Origin: a virus
Lineage: Duplodnaviria; Caudoviricetes
Length of the DNA stretch: 58,516 nucleotides
Strand: one strand, 5' to 3'
Virus record (IMG/VR): IMGVR_UViG_3300031963_000166
Coordinates: 1 to 58,516 of that record
In this document: positions 25,865-36,403 of the stretch, piece by piece
How the letters are laid out: each line of letters opens with the position of its first letter
Position numbering within the stretch: position 1 is the stretch's first letter
Position numbers and translations under genes: made by a program
The notes under the pieces: generated by a model
The model's database searches: none
Told to the model about the DNA's origin: nothing
The model's input: the letters and a program-made list of their open reading frames with translations, nothing else

Positions 25865-27595
25865 ATGTTAAGTACCGTCACTCTTACGCTCGACTTGTCG
25901 TATAAAAATCCGCTAACGGGAGCCCCAGAACCTCGAGGAATCGTCAAAGACTCCACAGATTATGCGGGTCTTGGTGTTGATTTGGCAACATTTAAAGCGA
26001 AGGGTCTCGGGACAATTTCTTTTAATGGGGATATTATTGAAGACCAAAATACGGTCGGTAGCCCCATGATTGATCTTGAAAACTGGGAGTCTCTTCACCC
26101 TGGAGAGACTCCTGTTTTCTATTTCCCGATCGTTGTTGACGCTAACGGGAATCCGGCACATGGCGTTTACGCCTTGCAGTACTCGTTAAGGCTGTTGTCC
26201 AATCCTCTCGATGGTGGAGTTTCTATTTTTGCGGAAACACCACCGAACCAAGTCGAGACAGATGGTGACGAGTGGCTTTCCCAATTCCTTGTCTCAGGGA
26301 ATCAAATGACTCTTGTAACCGGGTCTCCGAACCTCAGCGTAACAGTCTCTTCTGTTTCTGAAGGCGACAACGGGGCGATAATTGTGGTTAACGAAGCCCT
26401 TGATCCGGAAGCTCCGCATGACGACATTGCTTTTGACATTACAAATGTTCAGTTACAGGCTTCTTATTTGTTCTCTGGATGTGAACTAACTCCTGCGGAC
26501 GTCTCTTTTGTATACGATTGCGAATATGGAGACCACGGAACATGGGCGGCGGCAAATACCACAGATTTGGCAACTGGCGAGTCCGTGAAAAGCCTTTCGT
26601 GCACAATTACTTATCCCGGTTGGACTTTCAGCACGCCTGGATTTACTCCGTCGATAACAACGACTTCACTCCCTTATCCATCAATTGAGACAGACAACCC
26701 TCTTGCTACGGGTACCTATACAGTAGCCCTTTCTGAGGTGATTGAAAAAACCCAACAGGACGGACTGATTATTCAGTACACGTCTTCAGTTAAAAAGGAG
26801 TTTCAGGTTTCTTGCTCTGGGTCTTTGTGCGGTCTCGCGCCGTGCATTGAGAATCTCAGGAAGGCTCACGAGGCTGAGTTGAGGGCTAACGGCGTTTCGA
26901 AATACCAGGTGTATGTAGACAACATCCTTTTCTATTACATGGAGGCGCAGAACTATAAGATATGCGGCGACCTCGATAAATACAAAGAGGCTGTGTCTCT
27001 GATTAAATCATCCCTCGACGCTTCCGGATGCGAATGTGCGTGCTGCGATGACGAGACGTACTATTGGGTTTCAAATAATTCCGGCCAGTCAATAATCGAT
27101 CAGCTTATCGCCACGATTCAGTACAAGCTTTACGATGGGGTTCCTGGAGCAACTCAGGACGAGACAGCTGGTGTCCTGGTCGGAGCGATCTGGCAAGACT
27201 TCAACACGGGTATTGAGTACAGGTGCACCGACAACACCCCGGGCGCGGCAGTGTGGGTGATGTATTACAATCCTGCTGAGCCGTATCTTGTCTACGAAGC
27301 TCTTCTGACACAGTCAAGCGCAGATTCTCCAACGGCAATCGTAATGAAGAACACCTACGGTTCAGACCCGATTTTATCGAGAGCTGCTTCAGGGGTGTAC
27401 ACCGTGTCGCTCACTGGTGCTTTCACTTCTGGTGGAACAGCCGTTTTGATAGCGAACAATAGCTTCAACCCTCAGGTAACAATACAGGCGCTCTGGAATG
27501 ATGTTGACAGCATTGCTGTACTGACGTCAGACGGCGGGGTGAGCAATGACGGCTTGTTGGGTAGAACATACCTTATGATTAAGACATTGGTTTAA
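25865..27595 (+). CDS. Virion structural protein (beta-rich, acidic, Cys cluster)
   Basis: 576 aa; CECACCD; fibre-like C-terminal module. Confidence 0.65.
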   Translation: MLSTVTLTLDLSYKNPLTGAPEPRGIVKDSTDYAGLGVDLATFKAKGLGTISFNGDIIEDQNTVGSPMIDLENWESLHPGETPVFYFPIVVDANGNPAHGVYALQYSLRLLSNPLDGGVSIFAETPPNQVETDGDEWLSQFLVSGNQMTLVTGSPNLSVTVSSVSEGDNGAIIVVNEALDPEAPHDDIAFDITNVQLQASYLFSGCELTPADVSFVYDCEYGDHGTWAAANTTDLATGESVKSLSCTITYPGWTFSTPGFTPSITTTSLPYPSIETDNPLATGTYTVALSEVIEKTQQDGLIIQYTSSVKKEFQVSCSGSLCGLAPCIENLRKAHEAELRANGVSKYQVYVDNILFYYMEAQNYKICGDLDKYKEAVSLIKSSLDASGCECACCDDETYYWVSNNSGQSIIDQLIATIQYKLYDGVPGATQDETAGVLVGAIWQDFNTGIEYRCTDNTPGAAVWVMYYNPAEPYLVYEALLTQSSADSPTAIVMKNTYGSDPILSRAASGVYTVSLTGAFTSGGTAVLIANNSFNPQVTIQALWNDVDSIAVLTSDGGVSNDGLLGRTYLMIKTLV

Positions 27596-28350
27596 TGGAC
27601 ACTACACTCGGAAAAATATATGACGAGCTTTTGTTCCGTGCTGGGAAAGATCTCCGGGGCGGGTTTGTCACCCCGAGCGATTTTAACAGGGCGATAGGAA
27701 TCGTTAATCAGCGATACCTCAACACCCTTGTGAGTAACTTTGAAAAAAACAGAAAGGTTACCAGTGACTTGCAACCGTTCATAAAAACACTCGGCTCCCC
27801 GCAGTACGCTCCTTTAAAGTTCACCCCGGTTTTGCCGGGCAACCCTAAGAAAGGAGGGTACGCAGACATACCGGAAGACATTTGGTACGAGGCGGAATCG
27901 AGCTATCTTGAGCTTTTAAACGACGGTTGCTCCACGGATTCCAATTATCGGTCGGTCGATTTTGTGAGTCAGCACCAGTTCAATGCCGTGATGCGCAGTT
28001 CTGTTTTGAGTCCGGTTGACAATCCGCAAGAAAACGACCCGGTGCTTGTCACAAGAAACGACAAGTATTTCATATACCCGTTTCTTGACCGGATATCATT
28101 TACATACATCAGAAGACCGAAGGTTCCGTACTTCGATTATGATTTGGTGAATAGGGTCGCTGTTTACCTTCCGCCTGGAAGCGTGCACACAAACAACTCG
28201 GTAGCGCCAGCGGGCAGCCCGAGTCAAAGCGTCGAATTTGAGTACCCGGAAAGCACTGTCGATCACATTACCGACATGATTAAGACTTACATCGGAATAG
28301 GAAACGAAAATCAGTGGAACATTCAAACTCAAATGCCAGATAGAGTATGA
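27595..28350 (+). CDS. Putative tail ring or head-tail adaptor protein
   Basis: GFVTPSDFN ... FTYIRRP ... EFEYP pattern; synteny. Confidence 0.6.
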   Translation: MDTTLGKIYDELLFRAGKDLRGGFVTPSDFNRAIGIVNQRYLNTLVSNFEKNRKVTSDLQPFIKTLGSPQYAPLKFTPVLPGNPKKGGYADIPEDIWYEAESSYLELLNDGCSTDSNYRSVDFVSQHQFNAVMRSSVLSPVDNPQENDPVLVTRNDKYFIYPFLDRISFTYIRRPKVPYFDYDLVNRVAVYLPPGSVHTNNSVAPAGSPSQSVEFEYPESTVDHITDMIKTYIGIGNENQWNIQTQMPDRV

Positions 28351-28940
28351 TAACCAAGAGACAGGCCATAGAGTTTATTCAGCACAGGCTTAGCGGCGGA
28401 GATACTCCGGAGGACTTGCGCCGTCTTTACCCCAGGTCGATTATTGCCCGGGTAATAAATTACGCCTTGTCGGATGCGGTCACAAGAGACCCGTACCTAT
28501 TGGAAGACGTTGCCGTTCCGTATGACTTTGCCGTGTCTTCTGATTCAAAGGGTTACTATGTGTCGCTTTCCCCGCAGCCGATTTCTGGATCTCTCGCAAT
28601 CTACTCCGTAACAGATGAGTCGGATAGCGATAACCGGTATTTTGTTCAGTCAAAGATCGACGCGTCTACAATGGAGGTTTTAAGGGGGAAAAATAAAAAC
28701 GGCGCAGTATTTTATAAGAACGCGCTCAGGTTTAATAAAAAGCCCGTCGGCACGGTCACGGTCACTATGATTCCGAATGTTTATCAAATGGAAGATGACG
28801 ACCCTTTGATTATCCCGATGCAAGACGGCTTTGGTGAAATGGCATTTTTCCAGTTGTGTCTACAGGCTCTTTCAACTCAGGGCTATCAAGACGATCTGAA
28901 TGACAGCTCTGTGGACGCTCAAAATATTCAAAGAGGATGA
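28347..28940 (+). CDS. Putative tail ring protein
   Basis: 197 aa, coupled, in the tail module. Confidence 0.55.
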   Translation: MITKRQAIEFIQHRLSGGDTPEDLRRLYPRSIIARVINYALSDAVTRDPYLLEDVAVPYDFAVSSDSKGYYVSLSPQPISGSLAIYSVTDESDSDNRYFVQSKIDASTMEVLRGKNKNGAVFYKNALRFNKKPVGTVTVTMIPNVYQMEDDDPLIIPMQDGFGEMAFFQLCLQALSTQGYQDDLNDSSVDAQNIQRG

Positions 28941-29668
28941 TCATAAAAGATATTCGATATATTGCTACATCCGCGTTGTACAGGCTCGGCAAATCACCCA
29001 GCGGCAGAGAGCTTAACTGGATGGTTCAGGTGGCTATTGACTATATGAGCGAAAAAGCGCCGCTTGACGGGTTAGTTAGTCTCAAGACGATTCATACCAA
29101 GCTGGATACCGGCGCAAGGGTATTCACGCTCCCGCCCGACTGCATGCGGATTGTGAAAATCGGAATGAAGTCAGGAAAGAGGATATGGACTCTTACTCCA
29201 GACACGTCTCTTGTTTTTCCCGATTCGGCCTTTTCTTGTGAAAGCGACTCTACGGATCCGGTTATTACCGACGGGTATTATCCGTCGGGTTATTTTGGGT
29301 ATTTTTACGGGTATCAAAACTACACCAGAGGCAGCGGAAGAAATGAGAATTATTACCGAATAGACGGCAGAAATATTTTGTTTGACCACAACATGGATGG
29401 CGGACAGGTGGTTATTGAATATCTGTCCAATGGGTCAAACATTAGCGACAAGACATTGATCGATATGGCTTATGCCGAGCCTTTCAGGCTTTACTTGATG
29501 AGCGAATATTGCTTTCACAAGGGCAACGCCATGGATCGACCAAAATATAAAGAGCTTCAAATGCAATACGAGGCCGCCCAGTGGAGCGCAAATCTCCTTG
29601 TGAAGGCTCCGAGGCTTTACGAAACAATAGACGCGCTTGCTCAAAGCTCGGCTCTAAATCTTGGGTAA
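28937..29668 (+). CDS. Putative tail ring (tubular A-like) protein
   Basis: FTLPPDC.RIVKI ... YRIDG ... VVIEY pattern. Confidence 0.6.
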   Translation: MIIKDIRYIATSALYRLGKSPSGRELNWMVQVAIDYMSEKAPLDGLVSLKTIHTKLDTGARVFTLPPDCMRIVKIGMKSGKRIWTLTPDTSLVFPDSAFSCESDSTDPVITDGYYPSGYFGYFYGYQNYTRGSGRNENYYRIDGRNILFDHNMDGGQVVIEYLSNGSNISDKTLIDMAYAEPFRLYLMSEYCFHKGNAMDRPKYKELQMQYEAAQWSANLLVKAPRLYETIDALAQSSALNLG

Positions 29669-32600
29669 TGGATTTTAATGAGCAAATAATATTTACCGGT
29701 GGGATCAACACCGACGATGACACAAGGTCAATACCGCAAGGTGACTACAGGGACTTCAATTATTGTAGGCTCGGGCAGGCGGCGGGGCAGGGCGCTTCCG
29801 TTATTACTTCTTGGGGCACTGTCGATATTTCGAACCCAGAAGTAGACCCTCGCGATCAAGTGATAGGAGCCACAATATGGGATAGGGCGCAAGGAGCGTC
29901 GAGATCGATCGTTTACTTTGTTTGGGCGTATGACAATGATCATGAAATATGGGTTTTTGACATCAACACAGAAACGCACCAACTTGCTGTCAGATCTCAG
30001 CACCTAAATTTTTCGAAAGACTTCCCGATTATTCACGCCAACACGTTTGACGACATATTAAAGTTCACAGACGGAAGATGGAACGACCAAATGTACATTG
30101 ATGGCAACAGGGTTTTCAATCCTCCGTACCAGATCAATCTCGAAAAGGCAATCAGCGGCTTTTACACGAATATCAGCCTGCAAACAATCGATGCAATTAA
30201 GTGGCCACCTATACCTCCATACGTTCAATATATCACTGATATCTCAAGGAACGACAACAAGATTTCAAAGAAGCTTTTTAAGTTCTGCGTTCAGTACATT
30301 TATGAGAACAACGAGTTGAGCTCGTGGTCGATGTATAGCAATCTTCCTCTTCCGGATCAGTCGGAATTTGTCACCGGCTCGAACTGGCTCAGAACGAATT
30401 ATGACAACGGAATATCGATCACGTTTCCAACAGGGCCGAAGGAAGTTATTGGATTTAATATTGCCGTGCAGCAATTCGACGAAAGCACGGGTGGAGCGGA
30501 AGGCCCGTTTTCTGTTTTTGCCGAAAAAAACAAAGAAAGAGACAGCATCTCTGATGACGTTAATTACACGCTGAATTTTTATGGCAATGTTTCGTCAAAG
30601 GTCGCTGTTGATTTCCAAAAAAATTACGACAGGTTACCTATCGCCGCCAGGTGTCAGGAGTATTTGCCTACCAGCCAAGTCGCTTACATTAACTTCAGGG
30701 AAGGCTACAACAAAATAGAAATTGCCGCAGAAGCGGATTACGTCATAAAAGGCGTGAAGTGGTCCGCGTTTTCCGGCCTGATATTCACGGCTGTTTGGGA
30801 CGGAGTCGGCGGGGGGACGCTAAAGACTGGTGTGGATTTATGGGATGTAAATACAGAGTTCCCGTACAGCGCAGGTATGGTCATAACCATAAATGGCCCA
30901 ACGACCATACCTACTCTTCTCGGGTATATTGTGACCCAAGAAGACGTTGATGCCGCGTTGGCTCTACCTACCGTTCTTGATCAGAACGAATACATGTTTC
31001 AGTTGATAGGGGACTTTTTTATGTCCGCTCTTGGTCAACCGGCCGGGACGATAGCCGTTGTTGGCAGTATTTTGGAATATTACTTCACCGACATCCCGAG
31101 CGACATCAACATAACAAAGAGCAAATTTACAAGGCTCAACGACGCGAGGCCGACGTTGAAAACGGGCGCAACGCATGAGTTCGGGATAGTTTATGGAGAC
31201 AGGGCTTTCAGGGACGGTACTGTTCAAACTTCTGATCAAATGAGCGTTTTTGTGCCGTTCTTTTTTGACATAGACAGAACGTCCCTTGACAATAGTTACG
31301 ATCCATTCACTGTTTCCCCAAAGATTTCGATAAACCACACCCCGCCGGTTTGGGCTGATCGGTACTGGATTGTCGCAAAGCCAGCCACTGAGATATTGAG
31401 TTTTGGGCACTACATGGTTTCTGTTGAAAACATCTACGCCGAGCCCGCTGTCATATTGGATTCTGCAAGTCAAGAGACAAGGTACAAGATAATTTTAGAC
31501 AACAAGTACACCAATGTTTACAACATAGGCGCAACTATAAATCACGTTCCTCAAAAAGGAGACAAGCTCCGATTCGTAAGGAGACGATCTCCCGAGGTGT
31601 GGGATAATTTTAGCAGCGTGCTTGGCGGATATGCTCAGTACGTTGAGGTGGATGTTCTTGACTACTTCCCGGCTGATGGTCCAGGCGGACGCCCGGTTGT
31701 CTACACAACCCTTTTCGACATTGGTCTCATTGAGAACTTTGACAATATTGAAAACCCGGGCGGATACATTGTTGAGATATACACCCCGCGCCCGTTTGTT
31801 GATGATGACGGGGGCTTGTTTATTTCCGGGTGGAAGGACATAACCCCGTCGATCCCAATTATTGATCCTCACACCCCTGACAGGAGACATGGTGCCCCGT
31901 TTGACTACACGGCTCAATGCATTGAGATCGCTCCTGATAGCTACGTTTTCTCAATGACAAGCGACAGAACCGATTTGATTGGGCAATCTTTTAACCTTGT
32001 TATTTATTACAACGACGGATCAACCGAGACCGTGAATTCTGAGCAGATAGTCTCGGCCGAATATCGCGTTGACAACAATACGACTTATATCACGTTTTTG
32101 AATCAGGACGCATTTGACCAGATATCGTATATTACGATGTCTTACAGCTCTCCCCAACAAATAGCTCCGCAGCCGGTGCTTCCGGCATACATTTACCCTT
32201 CGTATGGAGACGTGTACCTTAGAATGAGGAATTTCGGAACCGGTTACGCCGGCGTTTCGTCTCAGTATTATTATTACATTGAAGATCCTCACTATTCGGA
32301 CTATTGGCTTAGCGACGTGCACAATACGGGCAGAACCAGGATTGAGTCTCCCACGTTTCAAATGGTGCACCGTAAGGCTGACGCCATTCATTCCAATCCC
32401 TATGGAGGCTTAAACAGGTCTGTAAACGGAACCTCTACCTTTGTCCTTGACAACTCAAATATTATTGAGATGAACCCTCTTTTTGGAGAGGTGGTTAGGG
32501 CTATCATGGCCGGCAGAGAGGGTAAAACGCTTAAATGCATTCAGCCGTTTAAGGAAAACTCTATTTACATACAGTTCTACCCCAACGAGGTCGGATCGGA

Positions 32601-33990
32601 CTCTTCGGTAAGGGTTAGTAAGGCCACGTTCGCGTCATGGTTTGACTACAAGTCTCGATTTGGAACAACCGATCCCGGTTCTGTAGCTCTTTTGCCAAAC
32701 GGCGAAATTGCTTATTTTGACGCAAATTCCGGCGTATTTGTTTTGTCTCAAACCAACGGTCAAACAATCATCAGCGAGATTGATCCGTCAAGCAGGGTTG
32801 ATTTTAAGTTCAGGACTGAAACAAAAAGAATTGCGGGCTTGTTTTCAAAAGGCAGCGGCTCGAAATGCAGGGCATACGTCAACGAGCTTTTGGGCGAGGT
32901 CGGTTTTGCCTTCGATCTCGTAGAGAGTTCGGAGTCTGCTACAGGTCTCATTTCTTTTGCGGACGCCGGGACAAATTACTTTATTGCCGCAGGATCAGAA
33001 GAGGACATACTTCCTCTTTTAGGCAATGAGATTACGATTTACCTCCCTCTCCCGGATTCTCCGTACAATCTCGCTCCGCAAACAACAATTGTTGATTATG
33101 TGGCGTCTTTTGGTTCGAGTGTCGTGATTTTTATTCGAGATCCGCTGCTTTACACTTATTCCGGCGAGCCAAGGCCAGTCGGAGAAGATCCGTATTACTA
33201 CATATCGCCCAAAAAAGAACGAAAGCATGTTGTTTTCGATTATTTGTCAATGAGGTGGAGATCGACTTACGATTATCCGTTCACAAATTTTGTTAACTAC
33301 GGACAACTATTGTTCGGGTGGGATGAGCAGGCGAGATTTTACAAGCACAACGAAAAGTCCTCTTATCAATTTCACGGAAAGGACTTCGTTCAAAAGATAA
33401 CGTTTGTTTCGAACGAGCGCCCTCTTGATGTCAAAAGGTATCAGAATTTTTCTCAAATGGGATCTCAGCCGTTTACGGTTGAGGCTTCATCTGAGCCAAA
33501 TTTGAGCTACACGTCAGGCATGTACACAATAATAGCTCCTCAGGAGATGAGCCAATACGAGGGCTACACGAGGTGTTATTACAAGAAAAATTTGTACGAC
33601 CCAGTATTTTTAAATTCCGCTATTCAGTCGACATCTTTTGTTGGTATAGATCCTGATATCGACGACTTTGTTGCTGGCTGGGAGCTTGCCGGAAATCAAA
33701 CTGGGCTACTTGGTGTCGAGGTGGTTATTATTCAGCCGAACGGAAACTTCATAGGGGTCGTTACCTCCGCCGATTACGACTCCGTCTCTGACATTACTTT
33801 TATTGAAACGACATATGGGAACCCTGTTGATACCGGGATTCCTGGCCTTCTTTATTCTGCCGATTTAGCAATATCCGCAGGCGAAGACATGAGGTCTTAT
33901 TCGTTAACACATACGCTGAGTTATCCTGTTTCGGAAAATGAATTGCCGGCACAGCTATTTGGTGTTGCAATTAAGGGCGTACTTTCATAA
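29668..33990 (+). CDS. Tail nozzle or stabilisation protein (tubular B-like)
   Basis: Start trimmed to ATG in the TAATG overlap; N-terminal FTGGINTDDD ... GDYRD; about 1440 aa, beta-rich; LKTGATHEFGIVY. Confidence 0.72.
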   Translation: MDFNEQIIFTGGINTDDDTRSIPQGDYRDFNYCRLGQAAGQGASVITSWGTVDISNPEVDPRDQVIGATIWDRAQGASRSIVYFVWAYDNDHEIWVFDINTETHQLAVRSQHLNFSKDFPIIHANTFDDILKFTDGRWNDQMYIDGNRVFNPPYQINLEKAISGFYTNISLQTIDAIKWPPIPPYVQYITDISRNDNKISKKLFKFCVQYIYENNELSSWSMYSNLPLPDQSEFVTGSNWLRTNYDNGISITFPTGPKEVIGFNIAVQQFDESTGGAEGPFSVFAEKNKERDSISDDVNYTLNFYGNVSSKVAVDFQKNYDRLPIAARCQEYLPTSQVAYINFREGYNKIEIAAEADYVIKGVKWSAFSGLIFTAVWDGVGGGTLKTGVDLWDVNTEFPYSAGMVITINGPTTIPTLLGYIVTQEDVDAALALPTVLDQNEYMFQLIGDFFMSALGQPAGTIAVVGSILEYYFTDIPSDINITKSKFTRLNDARPTLKTGATHEFGIVYGDRAFRDGTVQTSDQMSVFVPFFFDIDRTSLDNSYDPFTVSPKISINHTPPVWADRYWIVAKPATEILSFGHYMVSVENIYAEPAVILDSASQETRYKIILDNKYTNVYNIGATINHVPQKGDKLRFVRRRSPEVWDNFSSVLGGYAQYVEVDVLDYFPADGPGGRPVVYTTLFDIGLIENFDNIENPGGYIVEIYTPRPFVDDDGGLFISGWKDITPSIPIIDPHTPDRRHGAPFDYTAQCIEIAPDSYVFSMTSDRTDLIGQSFNLVIYYNDGSTETVNSEQIVSAEYRVDNNTTYITFLNQDAFDQISYITMSYSSPQQIAPQPVLPAYIYPSYGDVYLRMRNFGTGYAGVSSQYYYYIEDPHYSDYWLSDVHNTGRTRIESPTFQMVHRKADAIHSNPYGGLNRSVNGTSTFVLDNSNIIEMNPLFGEVVRAIMAGREGKTLKCIQPFKENSIYIQFYPNEVGSDSSVRVSKATFASWFDYKSRFGTTDPGSVALLPNGEIAYFDANSGVFVLSQTNGQTIISEIDPSSRVDFKFRTETKRIAGLFSKGSGSKCRAYVNELLGEVGFAFDLVESSESATGLISFADAGTNYFIAAGSEEDILPLLGNEITIYLPLPDSPYNLAPQTTIVDYVASFGSSVVIFIRDPLLYTYSGEPRPVGEDPYYYISPKKERKHVVFDYLSMRWRSTYDYPFTNFVNYGQLLFGWDEQARFYKHNEKSSYQFHGKDFVQKITFVSNERPLDVKRYQNFSQMGSQPFTVEASSEPNLSYTSGMYTIIAPQEMSQYEGYTRCYYKKNLYDPVFLNSAIQSTSFVGIDPDIDDFVAGWELAGNQTGLLGVEVVIIQPNGNFIGVVTSADYDSVSDITFIETTYGNPVDTGIPGLLYSADLAISAGEDMRSYSLTHTLSYPVSENELPAQLFGVAIKGVLS

Positions 33991-34001
33991 ATTTGCCACT
34001 T

Positions 34002-34436
34002 GTGAGCAGCAAGATTAAGATAAAGCCGATTTTGTCCGCTTTTTCGGGTGATCGAGAAATAGAAAATTTTTGCGATCCAAACAGCCACGACAAAACGGGC
34101 AGCGGCGTTGCTGTTGACACGTTTAATAAACTCAGGGCTTGGGACGAGCTTAGTGATGATGGGGTTTTTACCGAGGTTTTTAACGGGGGCAACGTTGTTG
34201 GGTTTATTTACACCGTCCCGGGCAGGCTTGTTAGTTTCGGGGTATCCCCAAACCACAGGGTAAAACCGGTTTTAAAAAAGGTGTTTGAAGATATTGTTGA
34301 GATGGCGGGAGATGAGTTTTTGTGCGCTATGTGGACGAGAAATTCAAGAGGAATTCAGTGGTTGCAGCGGTGCGGGATGGAGATTTTAACTTGTGATGAC
34401 GTTGTCACAGAATTAATTTATAAAAAATGCCAGTAA
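34002..34436 (+). CDS. GNAT-like protein at the internal-virion-protein position
   Basis: SFGVSPNHR ... N.RGIQWLQRCG; GTG start downstream of TAAATTTG at 33988-33995. Confidence 0.55.
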   Translation: MSSKIKIKPILSAFSGDREIENFCDPNSHDKTGSGVAVDTFNKLRAWDELSDDGVFTEVFNGGNVVGFIYTVPGRLVSFGVSPNHRVKPVLKKVFEDIVEMAGDEFLCAMWTRNSRGIQWLQRCGMEILTCDDVVTELIYKKCQ

Positions 34437-35161
34437 CAGCAGCAATAGTAGCAGGGACGATCGCAGCGGGCAAGGGGGTTCAGTCTCTTGTTCGTGCGAA
34501 TCGCGCAAAAAAAGAAATGGAAAGACTCGGAAAGGGCTTGAAAGACCCTTCTTTTTCCATGCCAGCCGAGCTGATGCAAGCATACGATGCCGCGAAGGCT
34601 ATGCCGGTTTCCAGAAATATGCCCGGATACGGAGCTATTCAAAACATGGCAAGCATGCAGCAGCAAGGGGCTCTTGGCGATATCTCAAAGTATGGCACCG
34701 GGCTTGACGCCGTCGCTGCCATGACGAACCTCGGAACGCAGTCCATGGCTCAGCAGCAGGAGATCGGTATTCAAAACAGCCAAAACTATCAGTCTCAACT
34801 CGAGAACAGACAGCAAAACATGGCCGGTATCGCAAATCAGCTCGCCGGCTTTAGGCAATACGAGTATGAGCAAAATGTCTTGAATCCATTCCTTAGAACA
34901 AGCGCCGCTATTTCTGCGTTAAGAAGAAAAAGATACCAGGAGTCAAATCTTGCATTTGACTCTTTTGCCAACGTTTTGCAGGCTGGCGCAGGGGCTATTA
35001 ACCCAGCTTCGATAACCGACACCGGCGGTGGTATGGCCGGCAATATTGCAGCTGGCGGCGGAACGTCTGGCGGCGGAACGTCTGGCGGCGCCAACACCGG
35101 GGCAAGAGGGTGGTCGAGCGCTCAAAATATGGTTGATGAATTTGGAAACGTTATTTTTTAA
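34427..35161 (+). CDS. Putative DNA ejection (pilot) protein
   Basis: A/G-rich hydrophobic N-terminus, Q/A-rich helical body, Gly-rich tail. Confidence 0.65.
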   Translation: MPVTAAIVAGTIAAGKGVQSLVRANRAKKEMERLGKGLKDPSFSMPAELMQAYDAAKAMPVSRNMPGYGAIQNMASMQQQGALGDISKYGTGLDAVAAMTNLGTQSMAQQQEIGIQNSQNYQSQLENRQQNMAGIANQLAGFRQYEYEQNVLNPFLRTSAAISALRRKRYQESNLAFDSFANVLQAGAGAINPASITDTGGGMAGNIAAGGGTSGGGTSGGANTGARGWSSAQNMVDEFGNVIF

Positions 35162-35167
35162 TTTAAA

Positions 35168-36379
35168 ATGGCAGTAAGCGCATCAGTTGTATACACAGGC
35201 GAGTCGGGCAATATGTCTGGCGACAACACCGGTGCCGCGTTTTTTGAGCGCGGAGACGCCCTTGATATCTCACAACAGGAGATAGCCCGATCAAGGGAGC
35301 TTGCAAGGGAAAAAAGAGACAGAGAAAAAGAAGTGAGAGAGCAGTGGCGAAACGCCATAATGCCCACAGAGGATCTATGGCTCGACGAGGAAGAAGAGGA
35401 GCTCAACGCTGTGATCAATGAGTACGACAATATGATTTCCGGTTTCGCTCAACGCGGGGCGGAATTTGCCGACCTTAGCTCGGACGAGATCAAGCAGAAG
35501 AAGCAATTGGAGGCAAGAATCAAGCTTTTAAGAACTCAGTCCGATCAGAACAAGGCGTATTACGACCAGATCATGTCAGAGTTTCAAAAAGATCCGGACG
35601 GCCTTATTTATGATCCTGAAAAATCGACAAAAATGCTCGAGGAGTTTCGTGGATCAGGCAAAAGCATCGAGGCGAGGAATGAGGTCGCGAGAAAAAATGG
35701 CGTCTTGCCTAAAAGATATGACTTCTCTGGGGTGACCACGAACCTTGCCAAGGTTCTGCCAGATACCGATTTGCCTGGAAATAAAACAGGGAAAAATCCA
35801 AAGGCTTTTGAGCTTGTTCTTGATGATTTTCTCGCAAGCCCCGAGGGAGATCTTATGATCAGAGAGACCAATGAAGCAGAAGGGGATATAAAGAAAAGAC
35901 TTCTTGATGAGTTCAATGTTATTTACAGACCGAAAAGCAAGCCTGTCGTTAAGACGTCTACCAAGGCGCCGACCGCTCCAAAAAGTGACTTTTCTCTCAC
36001 TCCGACCGCAACAGGTACTGGGGTCGGGAAGTATAAAAACCTTGAGTTCAACGTTATGACCACCCCTAATTCGCCAGGGCAATCTGATTTATTTTGGGAT
36101 TCAGGGTACAACACTATTAACATTCCGCACAAGGCGCTATCCCTTTATGACAACTCCGGGAATCCCCAGCAAGTTACGGTTCAGTCGGTATACCAAGGTC
36201 CGAACGGCACCGTATTAAGAACGACAGACAGTCATAATGAAGAGATATGGATTGATTATTCGAATCCAAGAAATAAATCAACAGTAGACGGCGCTTATCA
36301 GGTTGACTTTAATGATGTCTTTGAAAAGGTCAGATCAACAGCTCCTTCAGACGGCGGATCTGGTGTGCCTTGGCTATAA
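35168..36379 (+). CDS. Putative ejection or internal virion protein
   Basis: 403 aa, charged helical; synteny. Confidence 0.6.
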   Translation: MAVSASVVYTGESGNMSGDNTGAAFFERGDALDISQQEIARSRELAREKRDREKEVREQWRNAIMPTEDLWLDEEEEELNAVINEYDNMISGFAQRGAEFADLSSDEIKQKKQLEARIKLLRTQSDQNKAYYDQIMSEFQKDPDGLIYDPEKSTKMLEEFRGSGKSIEARNEVARKNGVLPKRYDFSGVTTNLAKVLPDTDLPGNKTGKNPKAFELVLDDFLASPEGDLMIRETNEAEGDIKKRLLDEFNVIYRPKSKPVVKTSTKAPTAPKSDFSLTPTATGTGVGKYKNLEFNVMTTPNSPGQSDLFWDSGYNTINIPHKALSLYDNSGNPQQVTVQSVYQGPNGTVLRTTDSHNEEIWIDYSNPRNKSTVDGAYQVDFNDVFEKVRSTAPSDGGSGVPWL

Positions 36380-36403
36380 CAACACGAAATAAAAAAAACA
36401 AAT

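Noticed and set aside
35052-35090. 15-bp tandem repeat (GGGTS x2)
   Set aside because: Ordinary low-complexity linker duplication
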